This document shows positions 1 to 9,773 of a stretch of DNA of 64,000 nucleotides, in pieces. Position 1 is the stretch's first letter, and the number at the start of each line of letters is the position of its first letter. The position numbers and the translations under genes were made by a program. The stretch is from an uncultured Bdellovibrionales bacterium (lineage in GTDB: Bacteria; Bdellovibrionota; Bdellovibrionia; Bdellovibrionales; JAMPXM01): NCBI GenBank assembly GCA_937927435.1, contig CALBDW010000092.1, positions 7 through 64,006 on the forward strand, given 5' to 3'. Under the pieces are notes generated by a model. It worked only from the letters and a program-made list of their open reading frames with translations, did no database searches and was not told where the DNA came from.

Positions 1-1
1 C

Positions 2-976
2 GGAGCGGCGGGTTTTATTGGCAGCCATTTGGTCGACGCTCTTTTGGCTAAAGGGCTCGAAGTGATCGGATACGATCTCGCACCCCTTGAGCGGGCAAGA
101 AATCTCGACGACGCAAAAACAAATCCGCGCTTTAAATACGTCGTTGGCGACATTCGCGATAAGGCGAAGTTAGAGAGTGCAATTCCGGAAAATGTCTCTT
201 ACATTTTCCACCTCGCGAGCGTTGTGGGGATTAGCAAGTACATCGAGGATCCGTTCGGACTCATCGACATTACAATCGGCGGCACGCGGAATGTCGCTGA
301 GATTGCGCTTGCGCTTTTACCGAAGAACCCGAACTTGAGGCTTGTTTACACGAGTACAAGCGAAGTTTTCGGGAAGAACCCGAAAATCCCCTGGACTGAA
401 GACGACGACCGGGTTGTCGGAAGCACGAAGGTCGATCGCTGGTGCTATTCCTCGTCGAAGGCCGTTTGCGAGCACATGCTCTTTGCCCTTCACCGGCAAA
501 AAGGTTTGCCCGTCACGATCGTTCGGTACTTCAACGCTTACGGCCCGAGACAGAATCCGATCTTCGTGATTTCACAAAGCGTTCGCCGCGTGATGCAAGG
601 CGAGCGTCCTCTGCTCTACGACGGAGGAACCGCGACCCGTTGCTTTACTTACGTCGAAGACGCCGTTCGCGGAACCATCATGGCGGCCGAGAGTCCGAAA
701 GCCGTCGGGGAAGCCTTCAACATTGGGAACAACAAAGAAATCACTACACGCGAAGCGGTTGAATTGATCATCAAGTATTCCGGCAAAGATCTCACCTGGG
801 AAAACCTCGATACGAGCAAGCACTACGGGAAGACCTACGAAGATATTCCGAGACGTGTCCCGTCGAACGAAAAGGCCCGCGAAATCCTCGGATGGACGGT
901 TCAAGTATCTCACGAAGAAGGCATTCGTCGCACGGTCGAATGGGCCATCAAAAATGATTGGTGGGTAAAGGGGTGA
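2..976 (+). CDS. NAD-dependent epimerase/dehydratase (extended SDR family), 5' end cut by window edge
   Basis: Frame open from base 2: GAAGFIGSHLVDALL (Rossmann GxxGxxG). Catalytic YSSSK (YxxxK). Lies 4 nt upstream of rmlA. Confidence 0.8.
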   Translation, partial: GAAGFIGSHLVDALLAKGLEVIGYDLAPLERARNLDDAKTNPRFKYVVGDIRDKAKLESAIPENVSYIFHLASVVGISKYIEDPFGLIDITIGGTRNVAEIALALLPKNPNLRLVYTSTSEVFGKNPKIPWTEDDDRVVGSTKVDRWCYSSSKAVCEHMLFALHRQKGLPVTIVRYFNAYGPRQNPIFVISQSVRRVMQGERPLLYDGGTATRCFTYVEDAVRGTIMAAESPKAVGEAFNIGNNKEITTREAVELIIKYSGKDLTWENLDTSKHYGKTYEDIPRRVPSNEKAREILGWTVQVSHEEGIRRTVEWAIKNDWWVKG

Positions 977-979
977 GAG

Positions 980-1864
980 ATGAAAGGAATTCTATTGGCC
1001 GGAGGAAGTGGCACCCGGCTTTATCCTTCGACATTGGCTGTCAGTAAGCAGCTTTTGCCCGTTTACGACAAGCCGACGATTTATTACCCGCTTTCGATCT
1101 TGATGTTTGCGGGGCTTCGCGAAGTGCTCATCATCAGTACGCCGCGGGACATTCCGCTTATCCAAGGCCTTCTTGGGGATGGCTCGAGAATCGGTATGAA
1201 GTTTTCGTATGCCGAGCAGCCGAAACCCAATGGGATTGCGGAGGCGTTCATTATCGCAGAAGATTTTTTGGCTGGTAGCCCCGCGTGCCTCATTCTCGGC
1301 GACAACATCTTCTACGGCCACGACGTTCCGAAGATGGTTGAGGACGCCGCCAAATTGAAGAAGGGGGCTCGTGTTTTTGCGTACCACGTGCAAGACCCCG
1401 AGCGATACGGTGTGGTCGAGTTCGATGAAAATGGCCAGGCGATTTCGCTTGAAGAGAAACCAAAGAATCCAAAGTCGAATTGGGCCGTCACCGGCCTCTA
1501 TTTCTACGACTCGAAAGTATGTGAACTCGCGAAAACTTTAAAGCCCTCCGCGCGAGGAGAGCTCGAGATCACGGATCTCAACCGCAAATATTTGGAACTT
1601 GGGGAGCTACAGGTCGAGTGTTTCGGTCGGGGCGTTGCCTGGCTTGATACCGGCACCCATGATTCTCTTCTTGCGTCATCGCACTTCGTGCAAACGATTG
1701 AAAGCCGGCAAGGGATGAAAATCGCGTGTATTGAGGAGATCGCCTATTTGAAGGGCTTTATCACGCCTGAGCAAATGATGGCGCTTGCGGAAGAATGCCC
1801 GGCTTCAAGCTACGGGCTATATCTTAAGAACATGGTCAAACATCCTCACTTTGGAAAGCATTGA
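980..1864 (+). CDS. rmlA: glucose-1-phosphate thymidylyltransferase
   Basis: 294 aa. N-terminus MKGILLAGGSGTRLYPSTLAVSKQLLPVYDKP is the canonical RmlA signature. Sits in an rml operon context. Confidence 0.95.
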   Translation: MKGILLAGGSGTRLYPSTLAVSKQLLPVYDKPTIYYPLSILMFAGLREVLIISTPRDIPLIQGLLGDGSRIGMKFSYAEQPKPNGIAEAFIIAEDFLAGSPACLILGDNIFYGHDVPKMVEDAAKLKKGARVFAYHVQDPERYGVVEFDENGQAISLEEKPKNPKSNWAVTGLYFYDSKVCELAKTLKPSARGELEITDLNRKYLELGELQVECFGRGVAWLDTGTHDSLLASSHFVQTIESRQGMKIACIEEIAYLKGFITPEQMMALAEECPASSYGLYLKNMVKHPHFGKH

Positions 1865-1867
1865 GCG

Positions 1868-2782
1868 ATGATTCTTGTATTCGGTCGAACAGGACAGGTT
1901 GCAAGAGCATTACAAGAGGAGTTGGGTCGCCGCCCGCTCAATGCCGAAATTCGTTTTTTGGGTCGCGACGAAGCGGATTTTGAAAAGCCAGAGCTGGTAA
2001 CTAAGGCAGTTGAGGCGTTTAAACCAAGTCTTGTTATCAACACAGTCGCCTATACCGCGGTCGATCGGGCGGAAAGCGAGCCGGAAAAAGCGTATCGCGT
2101 AAATGCCAAAACCGTTGCTGAGTTGGCTCGGCTCTGCGCTTTGCGGGAGATCCCGCTGATTCATTATTCATCCGATTACGTTTACGACGGGGCCGGCGAC
2201 GAACCGCGAATGGAAGACGCGCCGGTGAATCCGCTCAATGCTTACGGTCGCTCGAAAGCCGAGGGTGATCGCGCGATTTTAGAGTCAAAGGCGAAAGCGC
2301 TCATTTTTCGAACTTCCTGGGTCTATTATCACGACGGCCAAAATTTCGTTCGCACCATGCTTCGCTTAGGTTCTGCGCGGGAGGAACTATCGGTGGTCGC
2401 CGATCAAATTGGTTCACCGACGTCGGCGACCGCGATCGCGAGGGCAACGCTGACAATCGCTCAGCGTGTTTTAGGAGGCGAAGTCTCCGATTGGGGAGTC
2501 TTCCACATGGCGGGAAAGGGCTTTACAAGCTGGCACGGATTCGCGACGGAAATCTTCCGCCAGGCCCGGGAATTGGGGATGCCGCTCGCCGTTCGTGAGG
2601 TCCGTCCCATTCCGACGAAGGATTATCCAACTCCGGCAAGGCGCCCGCTGAACTCAAGGCTTGATCAGGCAAAGCTTCGAAAAACATTTGGAATTGAGTT
2701 GCCCGATTGGGAAGATTCTTTGAGGGAATGCTTGAGTGTTATTTGCTCGCGTGAAGTCGCGCTTGCCGGGGGAGGCCAATGA
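1868..2782 (+). CDS. rmlD: dTDP-4-dehydrorhamnose reductase
   Basis: 304 aa. Motifs SSDYVYDG and NAYGRSK (YxxxK). Located between rmlA and rmlC. Confidence 0.9.
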   Translation: MILVFGRTGQVARALQEELGRRPLNAEIRFLGRDEADFEKPELVTKAVEAFKPSLVINTVAYTAVDRAESEPEKAYRVNAKTVAELARLCALREIPLIHYSSDYVYDGAGDEPRMEDAPVNPLNAYGRSKAEGDRAILESKAKALIFRTSWVYYHDGQNFVRTMLRLGSAREELSVVADQIGSPTSATAIARATLTIAQRVLGGEVSDWGVFHMAGKGFTSWHGFATEIFRQARELGMPLAVREVRPIPTKDYPTPARRPLNSRLDQAKLRKTFGIELPDWEDSLRECLSVICSREVALAGGGQ

Positions 2783-3330
2783 AGGTCACTGAATTCGCTT
2801 TGAATGGGCTGAAATTGATTGAGTTACCAGTATATGGTGACGCGAGGGGTTTCTTTACCGAGAGATTTCATCGCGAGCGTTTTCGTGAAATCGGTTTGCC
2901 TGTAGACGATTTTGTTCAGGACAACTTTTCGCGCTCGTCAGTTCGGGTTTTGCGTGGTCTCCATTTTCAGTTCGACCAGCCGCAGGGAAAATTGGTCACA
3001 GCGACTTCCGGGCGCATTTTCGATGTCGCCGTTGATATTCGGAAAGACTCGCCGACATTTGGGCAGTGGGTCGGAGTTGAATTGGACAGCGAAAAGCCGG
3101 CATGGTTTTGGGTTCCGGCCGGATTCGCGCATGGATTTGTTGTTCTGAGCGAACAGGGGGCTGATGTCCTTTATAAAGTGAATGCCTACTATAACCCCAA
3201 GGGTGAGGGAGGGATTCTTTGGAATGACAAGGATCTTGGTATTGAGTGGCCAGTGTTCGAGCCGCTGCTGAGCCCGAGAGACCAACAACTCATGTCGTGG
3301 GCTGATTATCAGAAGAGCCCGCGTTTTTAG
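2779..3330 (+). CDS. rmlC: dTDP-4-dehydrorhamnose 3,5-epimerase
   Basis: 183-aa cupin with GDARGFF, RGLHFQ and GKLV motifs. ATGA start/stop overlap with rmlD. Confidence 0.9.
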   Translation: MKVTEFALNGLKLIELPVYGDARGFFTERFHRERFREIGLPVDDFVQDNFSRSSVRVLRGLHFQFDQPQGKLVTATSGRIFDVAVDIRKDSPTFGQWVGVELDSEKPAWFWVPAGFAHGFVVLSEQGADVLYKVNAYYNPKGEGGILWNDKDLGIEWPVFEPLLSPRDQQLMSWADYQKSPRF

Positions 3331-3416
3331 GGCCTTTGGGCGCAAAAAGCTTTTGTGTTTTGGTTTTTCGGGATTTTAAGCTTGGGATGGATTAGAAGTG
3401 ATTTGAGGGGGGACGC

Positions 3417-4475
3417 GTGCGGTCGATTCTCGTGACTGGTGGCGCCGGTTTTATTGGAAGTAATTTTGTCGATCTTATGATTTCGAAGGGTCATAAGGTT
3501 GTCGTCCTGGATCTTCTGACTTATGCCGGCCACAAAGAAAATCTCGAAGCGTCCTGGTCCAAGATTCAGTTTATTAAAGGCGACATCGCCGATGCGAATC
3601 TCGCATCTGAACTCTTGCGCGAATATTCAATTACTGACGTCGTGAATTTCGCGGCCGAAAGCCATGTGGATCGCTCGATCGCCGAGCCGGATGCGTTTAT
3701 CCGAAGCAATGTCGTGGGAGTTTATTCGCTCCTTCGTGCGTCGTACGAATATTGGCGGGATCTTCCGGCTTCCATTAGAGATGACTTCCGATTTTTGCAA
3801 GTTTCAACCGATGAGGTTTTTGGCGATCTTGGCGAGGAAGGGAAATTCAATGAGATGACACCGTATGCACCGAACTCGCCGTATTCCGCCTCAAAAGCGG
3901 GAGGAGATCATTTGGTGCGTGCTTGGCGCCACACATATGGGCTTCCGACTTTAATTACGAATTGCTCGAACAACTACGGCCCGCGCCAGTATCCTGAAAA
4001 GCTCATACCGTATATGATCACGCGTGCTTTGGCCGAAAAGTCGCTGCCGATTTATGGTACCGGCCAAAACGTCCGCGACTGGATTCACGTTGAAGACCAT
4101 TGCCGAGGCATTGCCCTTGCGCTTGAGAAGGGAAGACCCGGCGCGACCTATTGCTTCGGCGGAAATGCGGAACGCCGGAATATCGATGTCGTTAGGACAA
4201 TTTGCCAGCTACTTGACAAGAAAAGACCTCGCAAGAACGGCGAGTCATACGAGAAGTTGATTGAATTCGTCGAAGACCGCAAAGGCCATGACTGGCGGTA
4301 CGCTATCGACGACACCAAGGCACAGAGAGAGCTCGGGTTCCGCCGTCAATACGAAAGCTTCGAAGAAGGGCTTTCTGCGACCATCGATTGGTATCTAAAC
4401 AACCAAAAGTGGTGCGAAGCGGTCACGCGGACCGAGAAAGAGTTTAGGGGCAACGGACTCTCTTTAGCTAACTAG
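3417..4475 (+). CDS. rmlB: dTDP-glucose 4,6-dehydratase
   Basis: 352 aa. Motifs VTGGAGFIGSNFV, STDEVFG, YSASKAG and CSNNYGPRQYPEKLIP. Confidence 0.95.
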   Translation: MRSILVTGGAGFIGSNFVDLMISKGHKVVVLDLLTYAGHKENLEASWSKIQFIKGDIADANLASELLREYSITDVVNFAAESHVDRSIAEPDAFIRSNVVGVYSLLRASYEYWRDLPASIRDDFRFLQVSTDEVFGDLGEEGKFNEMTPYAPNSPYSASKAGGDHLVRAWRHTYGLPTLITNCSNNYGPRQYPEKLIPYMITRALAEKSLPIYGTGQNVRDWIHVEDHCRGIALALEKGRPGATYCFGGNAERRNIDVVRTICQLLDKKRPRKNGESYEKLIEFVEDRKGHDWRYAIDDTKAQRELGFRRQYESFEEGLSATIDWYLNNQKWCEAVTRTEKEFRGNGLSLAN

Positions 4476-4484
4476 AGAGGTTAA

Positions 4485-5565
4485 TTAGTGGGCTGAATCC
4501 ATTGCATCCGCTTCGTACTCAATCGGAACACCCCGACAATAAAAGTCTTTCGCATCTGAGCGTTTTTCAGTGGTGTGCACCACTTGCCCTGTGCGCTCAT
4601 ATTCGGCGCGGGCTTTTTCACAGAATGATCGTTCCGTATCGGGTTCATTGCGATAATTGATCGTCTGCGAAGCGTTCGCGAAGGCGCAAAGGGCCACGAG
4701 GCCGAGGAGTGCCGGCGCGCTCCGCTTCGGGCGCCAGATGAGCCAGATCAAAGCGAGTGTCGAGCCGATGAAAAAAATTGAGTTGAAAACGTCGTGCACG
4801 AACGAACTTTGGTAAATTCCGTACGGATAAAGGGCCGCAAAGAGTACGGCCATAATCGTGATGATGATTCGTTCTTTCTTTGTGGCGATCGTGGCCTCGC
4901 CCTGAGCCCACTTCTCGATGAAGCGCGCGGCGAGGAGCGCAAGTCCCGGCGTCATAAATTGATATAAGAAGACATGCACCATGAAGTATTCATGGCCGAG
5001 GATGGCGTAGATGACGCCGGTTCCGCCGGCTAATAAAACCGCATGGTGGAACGGAGTGAGGTTCTTCCAACGGGAGCGCCAATCCGTAACAAAAAACTTT
5101 CCTTCACCGCGAATCAGTTCAGCGGCCGCGAGCGTGGCAAGAAGCGGAGAAAGAAGACGAGCCCAAGAAGTGACAATGTTCTTAAGAAAGAGAAGAGGTT
5201 CGAACCAACCTTTTTCTTCTTTGGTCACGTAGCCTGGATCGAGGAGTTTGGTTTTTAGGAAATCCACAATATCGGCTCTTTGATGAAGCCACATCATGAT
5301 TGAGAGAACGAGAACAAGGCCAAGCACACCGAAGCAGAAGACCCGCTTTCGTCCTCGGCCAATGAGGAATGTGTATGCCCATAGCGGGCCCAAACTCAAA
5401 AATCCGGGCCAAGGTCGTGGTGGCGACAAGAGAGCCGATGGCCGCCAAGGTGATTCGTTTTTTAAGCGCGAGCCAGGCCATGAGCAGAATAAATGTGATG
5501 GTGAATTCACTGAGAAAATCGGGGTGAGTACCGAAGTACATCCCCCCGAGGAAAATGCTTTGCAT
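4485..5565 (-). pseudogene. polytopic membrane protein, reading frame broken by a 1-nt indel
   Basis: The N-terminal membrane-like sequence (MQSIFLGGMYFGTHPDFLSEFTITFILLMAWLAL...) is in the frame of ORF 5182-5565. The rest (LWAYTFLIGRGRKRVFCFGVLGLVLVLS... to the stop at 4485) is in the frame of ORF 4485-5681. Removing one base from the GGGCCC run at 5386-5391 joins them as ..FEFGPLWAYTFLIG... The first ~130 codons of the tracked 398-aa ORF look non-coding (S/P/R-rich). Confidence 0.5.
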
Positions 5566-5735
5566 GGCCGCCGCGAGCCAGCTGGCACAAGAGAATGAGT
5601 TTGGATCGGAAGTCCATCTTCATGAATAACACCTGGCAATTTGAGGACTTCGATACTTCCATGTTTGAAGCGGAAAATCACGAATTTCGACGACTTTGAT
5701 TTCGTTAGACCGGTCTCTGGTTGTGTTTAATATCA

Positions 5736-5807
5736 TATAGCATATCGTAATGTATTATTTTGATATGCTATAATATATCATTGTTTTATGTTTTGATATA
5801 CTATAAT
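5736..5807 (+). promoter_or_regulatory. AT-rich promoter/operator region with three copies of an 11-nt box GATATRCTATA
   Basis: TATAGCATATC at 5736-5746 (inverted), GATATGCTATA at 5762-5772 and GATATACTATA at 5795-5805. Two of the boxes overlap TATAAT hexamers (5769-5774, 5802-5807). Lies immediately upstream of the XRE-HTH gene that starts at 5817. Confidence 0.45.
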
Positions 5808-5816
5808 ATAGTAAAT

Positions 5817-6293
5817 ATGCGCAAAAACCGAGCGTTGCTAAAAACTCAGAGGAAAAGCTTGGACGAGAAGCTCAAAAACTTTAAGAGCGCTCGCCAAGTT
5901 GTCCCGCCCAAATCCGGTTGGGTTCAGGCCATTCGCGAAGCAATAGGGATGACCACGGCCCAGCTGGCAGCTCGAATGGGGATTAAACAATCCGGAGTCA
6001 CTCTTCTTGAAAAGCGAGAAGTAGCAAAAACTGTGACGCTGGCGACGCTCGAGAAAGCGGCTCGCGCGATGAATTGTGAACTAGTGTATGCGCTTGTTCC
6101 CAAGGAAAGTCTTGAGGCCATTGTGGATGAGCAAGCCACGATCGCGGCGAAGAGACTTCTTAAGAGAGTGACTCATTCCATGAATCTTGAAAAACAGGAT
6201 GCCGGCGAGGCTGAAACAAGGCTTCTTCATGAAGACCTGGCTCTAGAGATCAAAAACAAAATGGATAAGAGACTCTGGGACGAAAATGAGTGA
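5817..6293 (+). CDS. XRE-family HTH protein, 'mobile mystery protein A' type (putative antitoxin/regulator)
   Basis: MRKNRALLKTQRKSLDEKL...GWVQAIREAIGMTTAQLAARMGIKQSGVTLLEKRE (HTH). Paired and overlapping with a Fic gene. Start moved to the ATG at 5817, because the upstream part of the tracked ORF lies in AT-rich promoter DNA. Confidence 0.75.
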   Translation: MRKNRALLKTQRKSLDEKLKNFKSARQVVPPKSGWVQAIREAIGMTTAQLAARMGIKQSGVTLLEKREVAKTVTLATLEKAARAMNCELVYALVPKESLEAIVDEQATIAAKRLLKRVTHSMNLEKQDAGEAETRLLHEDLALEIKNKMDKRLWDENE

Positions 6294-6888
6294 GGTTAAA
6301 TTTGAGTATCCTCCGGGCGCGACGCCATTGAATCCGAACGAAATCGCGGGGCTTAGGTTGTCATACATTTCGACCCAGGGAGAACTGAACGCGGCCGAGC
6401 AAGACAATATTCTTCAAGGTGAAAAGTGGGCATTTGCGCAAAAGAGAAGAAATTTTCTGACTGAGAAATTCTTCCGCGACCTCCACAAGAAAATGTTCGG
6501 GCATGTCTGGAAATGGGCTGGCGCCTATCGAACGAGTGATAAGTCGATTGGGGTTCCTTGGTATCAAATTCCAACTGAAATAAATAAGCTCATTGGCGAT
6601 ACACGATATTGGATTACGCACGAGACCTATCCTATCGATGAAATCGCCGCCCGCTTTCACCATCGTCTGGTGTCGATTCATCCTTTTCCGAACGGAAACG
6701 GGCGTTGGGCACGCGTCATGGCGGATGTCCTCTTATTCAATCTTGGACTTGAGCCGTTCACATGGGGATCCAATTCGAACACAGGAACACTCAACGAAAA
6801 GAGTGAGGCGCGAGCAAATTACATACGCGCTCTTCAGTTTGCCGACGCAAGAGATTATTCCCACCTTCTAAAATTTGTCCGTTCCTAG
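6286..6888 (+). CDS. Fic-domain protein, 'mobile mystery protein B' type (putative toxin)
   Basis: 200 aa with the Fic core HPFPNGNGRWAR (HxFx[D/E/N]GNGRxxR). 8-nt overlap with the upstream HTH gene. Confidence 0.8.
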   Translation: MSEVKFEYPPGATPLNPNEIAGLRLSYISTQGELNAAEQDNILQGEKWAFAQKRRNFLTEKFFRDLHKKMFGHVWKWAGAYRTSDKSIGVPWYQIPTEINKLIGDTRYWITHETYPIDEIAARFHHRLVSIHPFPNGNGRWARVMADVLLFNLGLEPFTWGSNSNTGTLNEKSEARANYIRALQFADARDYSHLLKFVRS

Positions 6889-6989
6889 TGCGGTGAAGGG
6901 CAGGGCGTTAAAGAAAAAGGCCGTCGGGGCCCAAAAATCGGCCCCTGCCCGCTTGCCAAATCCACGGGTTTAGGATTGAACAAAGGTTA

Positions 6990-7994
6990 ATGAAACTCTT
7001 AGTTACAGGCGGCGCAGGATATATCGGTTCGCACACGGCTCACCAGCTCATTGAGGCTGGACATGATGTGGTTGTGCTCGACTCCTTCGTTACTGGCCAC
7101 CGTTGGGCCATTCATGAAAAGGCGCAGATTATCGAAGGAAAGGTCGGTGACCGGGAGTTATTGAAAAGGGTCTTTTCTGAACACCTGTTCGACGGTGTTT
7201 TGCATTTTGCGGCCTTTATTAATGTCGGAGAATCTGTTCGCGATCCGATCAAGTACTACCAGAATAACGTTGTTTCGGCGCTTGAGCTTTTCTCGGCGGC
7301 CGCAAAGGCAGGGGTTTCGAAGCTGATTTTTTCATCGACCGCCGCCGTTTACGGAGAGCCGGAAGAGGCTCGTCCTCTTCGAGAAACGGACCCGCTACGT
7401 CCCATGAATCCTTACGGCGCTTCGAAGCTCATGAGCGAGCGCATTCTTCAGGATATCGCGCGGGCGTCGAGCGGTGCCTTTCGATACGTGATTTTAAGAT
7501 ACTTCAATGCGGCGGGAGCACGACTCGATGGTCGTTTGGGGCAAGCTTTTCCCGAGCCGTTCCACCTGATCAATATCGCGAGTGAAGCCGCTCTTGGTGC
7601 CAGACCCAAGCTTGTTGTTTACGGCAATGATTACCCGACGAAAGATGGAACGTGCGAGCGGGACTACGTTCATGTTGAAGATTTGGCTCGAGCGCATGTT
7701 TTAGCGCTTGAATATCTCGAGGGCGGTGGCCAGCCGGATGTTTTCAATGTCGGTTATGGGCACGCGTCGTCGGTTCTTGAGGTGATTCAGGCGTTTAAAA
7801 AAGCGACGGGGAAAGACTTTCCTGTTGAAATCGGTCCGCGGCGCCCGGGAGATCCGTCCTATCTTGCGGCCGACAGTCGGAAGATCCGTGAGACACTGGG
7901 ATGGGAGCCTAAGTACGATGACTTGGAGCTCATCTGCAAGACGGCCTTTGAATGGGAGCGCATTTACCGCTCGAAGCGGTTTCACGGCGCGTGA
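6990..7994 (+). CDS. galE: UDP-glucose 4-epimerase
   Basis: 334 aa. Motifs MKLLVTGGAGYIGSH and YGASKLM (YxxxK), plus RYFNAAGA and RDYVHVEDLA typical of GalE. Confidence 0.9.
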   Translation: MKLLVTGGAGYIGSHTAHQLIEAGHDVVVLDSFVTGHRWAIHEKAQIIEGKVGDRELLKRVFSEHLFDGVLHFAAFINVGESVRDPIKYYQNNVVSALELFSAAAKAGVSKLIFSSTAAVYGEPEEARPLRETDPLRPMNPYGASKLMSERILQDIARASSGAFRYVILRYFNAAGARLDGRLGQAFPEPFHLINIASEAALGARPKLVVYGNDYPTKDGTCERDYVHVEDLARAHVLALEYLEGGGQPDVFNVGYGHASSVLEVIQAFKKATGKDFPVEIGPRRPGDPSYLAADSRKIRETLGWEPKYDDLELICKTAFEWERIYRSKRFHGA

Positions 7995-9653
7995 TTACGG
8001 CTCCGGTTCGATTCTCAGATACAGTTCCGTGTAATCGTGGGTGATCAATTTCCAACGCCCGGAAGAGACGGCGTACTCCCGCCACTTGTTCTGAACATCG
8101 GCAGGTATTTCGTAGCTGGGATGATTCTTGGTCAGTAAAACCCATTTCACATAAGGTGAGGGCTCCACGGGCTCGTGCTTTCCGTTTGTGGGAATATAGC
8201 TCATCCAAATTTTTTCATGAGGTACTTGGGAAAGCAGGCGGCTCGACACGATTCCAAACGCTGGTAAATCATTCGTAACTTCCTGCGCTTCCTGCAAAGT
8301 GTGTTTAGTCTCTTCACTCGGAGAATAGTAGATTAAGCTTGCGCCGCCAATGAGCGCACTGAGCGTGAGAACCCAGCCGCATTTGAATGCTTTTTGCTGA
8401 AGCAGGTTCGGTAAGAGTGCTTCAGAGCGGCCGCTCAGACTTAAAATGACGGCGATCCAATAGCCCCCGAGAAGGGGGGCTGAATGATAGGCGGTTAATG
8501 TTTTTAGATCGCTTCCGATTACAAAGTCGGCAAAAACGATGGGGAGGACCAAGATCCACATCTCCCGGCGTAGTAAAAGCCAAGGTGTGGTCAGCCAAAG
8601 ATAAAGAACCGGATCAGAGAAAACGTATTTAATGAGCTCGATAAGGAAATTAAGAGGCGAGCCCTGTTTCCCGAAAAGAAATTGCCCGAACTTAAGGAGA
8701 CTCTCGAGGTCTGAAATCTGGAGGCCGCCGACAATATGAGAGCCTCTGGGGGCGAGCGCGACGGGCAGGCTGGTATAGGTGCCAATGGTGACCGTGGTTG
8801 CCCCAATTTGGCCGCTTTTCATCGATCCGATTGCGAACGTCATTATGAGAAATGTCGCTAGCAGAATAGTTCCCGCGGTCGCCATGCGACGAAGCGACCA
8901 TTTCCTATTGACGGTGAGCCATAACCAAAGAGTGCCTCCGATTAAGATCGCGTCTTGTTTCATCCCTCCCAGTAATGCCCACACGAGCATGAAGATAAAA
9001 ATTGAGGATGTGCGCGTCAGGCGAGGGTTCTCGTAGGAACAGTAAAAGGTAAGCACGACGAGTGCCGGATAAGCTGCTTCGGGATGCATGTCATGCATCA
9101 CAATTCGGCTGGTGAATTCCGAGATTCAAAATGCGAACGCAATTAACACCCCTGTGGTTGCCGCTCCAGTCAGGCGCGTCGACAGTCGTGCGAGGACATA
9201 ACCACCCAAGGCGATCGCCGCCGGATTATAAATGAGGGTTAGGAGTGAAGAGCCGAAAAGCTTCACGAACGGATAAAGCAATAAGAACGTCAAGAAAGCG
9301 TGGACGCCTCCGTGTTGGACGGGGCCATCCCCAAGAGCTGAAAATCGCGTGATATAGGGTTTGCCTTGGCCGAGCCAATATAGCATGTCCTCGAAAACCC
9401 AGTGATCGAGGGCGCTCAAGAGCATGGTTTGCTGTTGCGAGAGTTTGCATAAAAACGCGATTGCGAAATAGCAGAGAGAGGACGCGACGAAGATCCGATT
9501 GGCGTTTTTCTCGATAAAGGCGGTGACGGGTGCTGAAAACCGCTGCAAAGCTTCTTTCCGCTTCCAGTTCATATAGGCATAGAGAAGAACGGCCAGCGGG
9601 ACGATGAACTGAAGGATATCTTTGAAACGGAAAGCGCTGTCGTAAAGATTCAA
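7995..9653 (-). pseudogene. polytopic membrane protein (DUF2079-like by motif recall) split by a single in-frame TGA
   Basis: ORFs 9126-9653 and 7995-9101 are in the same frame. They are separated only by a TGA (complement of 9126-9128) and 8 sense codons (..LIAFAF*ISEFTSRIVMHDMHPEAAY..). Both halves are multi-TM. Confidence 0.55.
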
Positions 9654-9773
9654 ACTGGCGAACTCCTGAGTTCCTGCGATGAAGGGATATTAGCGGGCGC
9701 ATTGATGTTTAACAAGCCGTAAATCAAGAGGAATTCGTTCCTGTCCGGGTTTGGTTATTGTAACCTGAAGTCG

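Noticed and set aside
9126-9128. Selenocysteine or an alternative genetic code (TGA as sense) as the explanation for the in-frame TGA.
   Set aside because: All other long genes in the window use TGA only as a terminator. No SECIS-like hairpin is evident immediately downstream, and a polytopic membrane protein is not a typical selenoprotein.
9651-9680. Weak arm-like sequences: CAAACTGGCGAACTCCTGAGTTCC at 9651-9680 and TAAAACTCTCGAGCTCTGAAATG at 22754-22776. The latter would make a 129-bp doublet with the arm at 22855.
   Set aside because: Only the first ~8-10 nt match, the second block is essentially absent, and no partner arm is present at 9651. They cannot be distinguished from chance without a genome-wide model.
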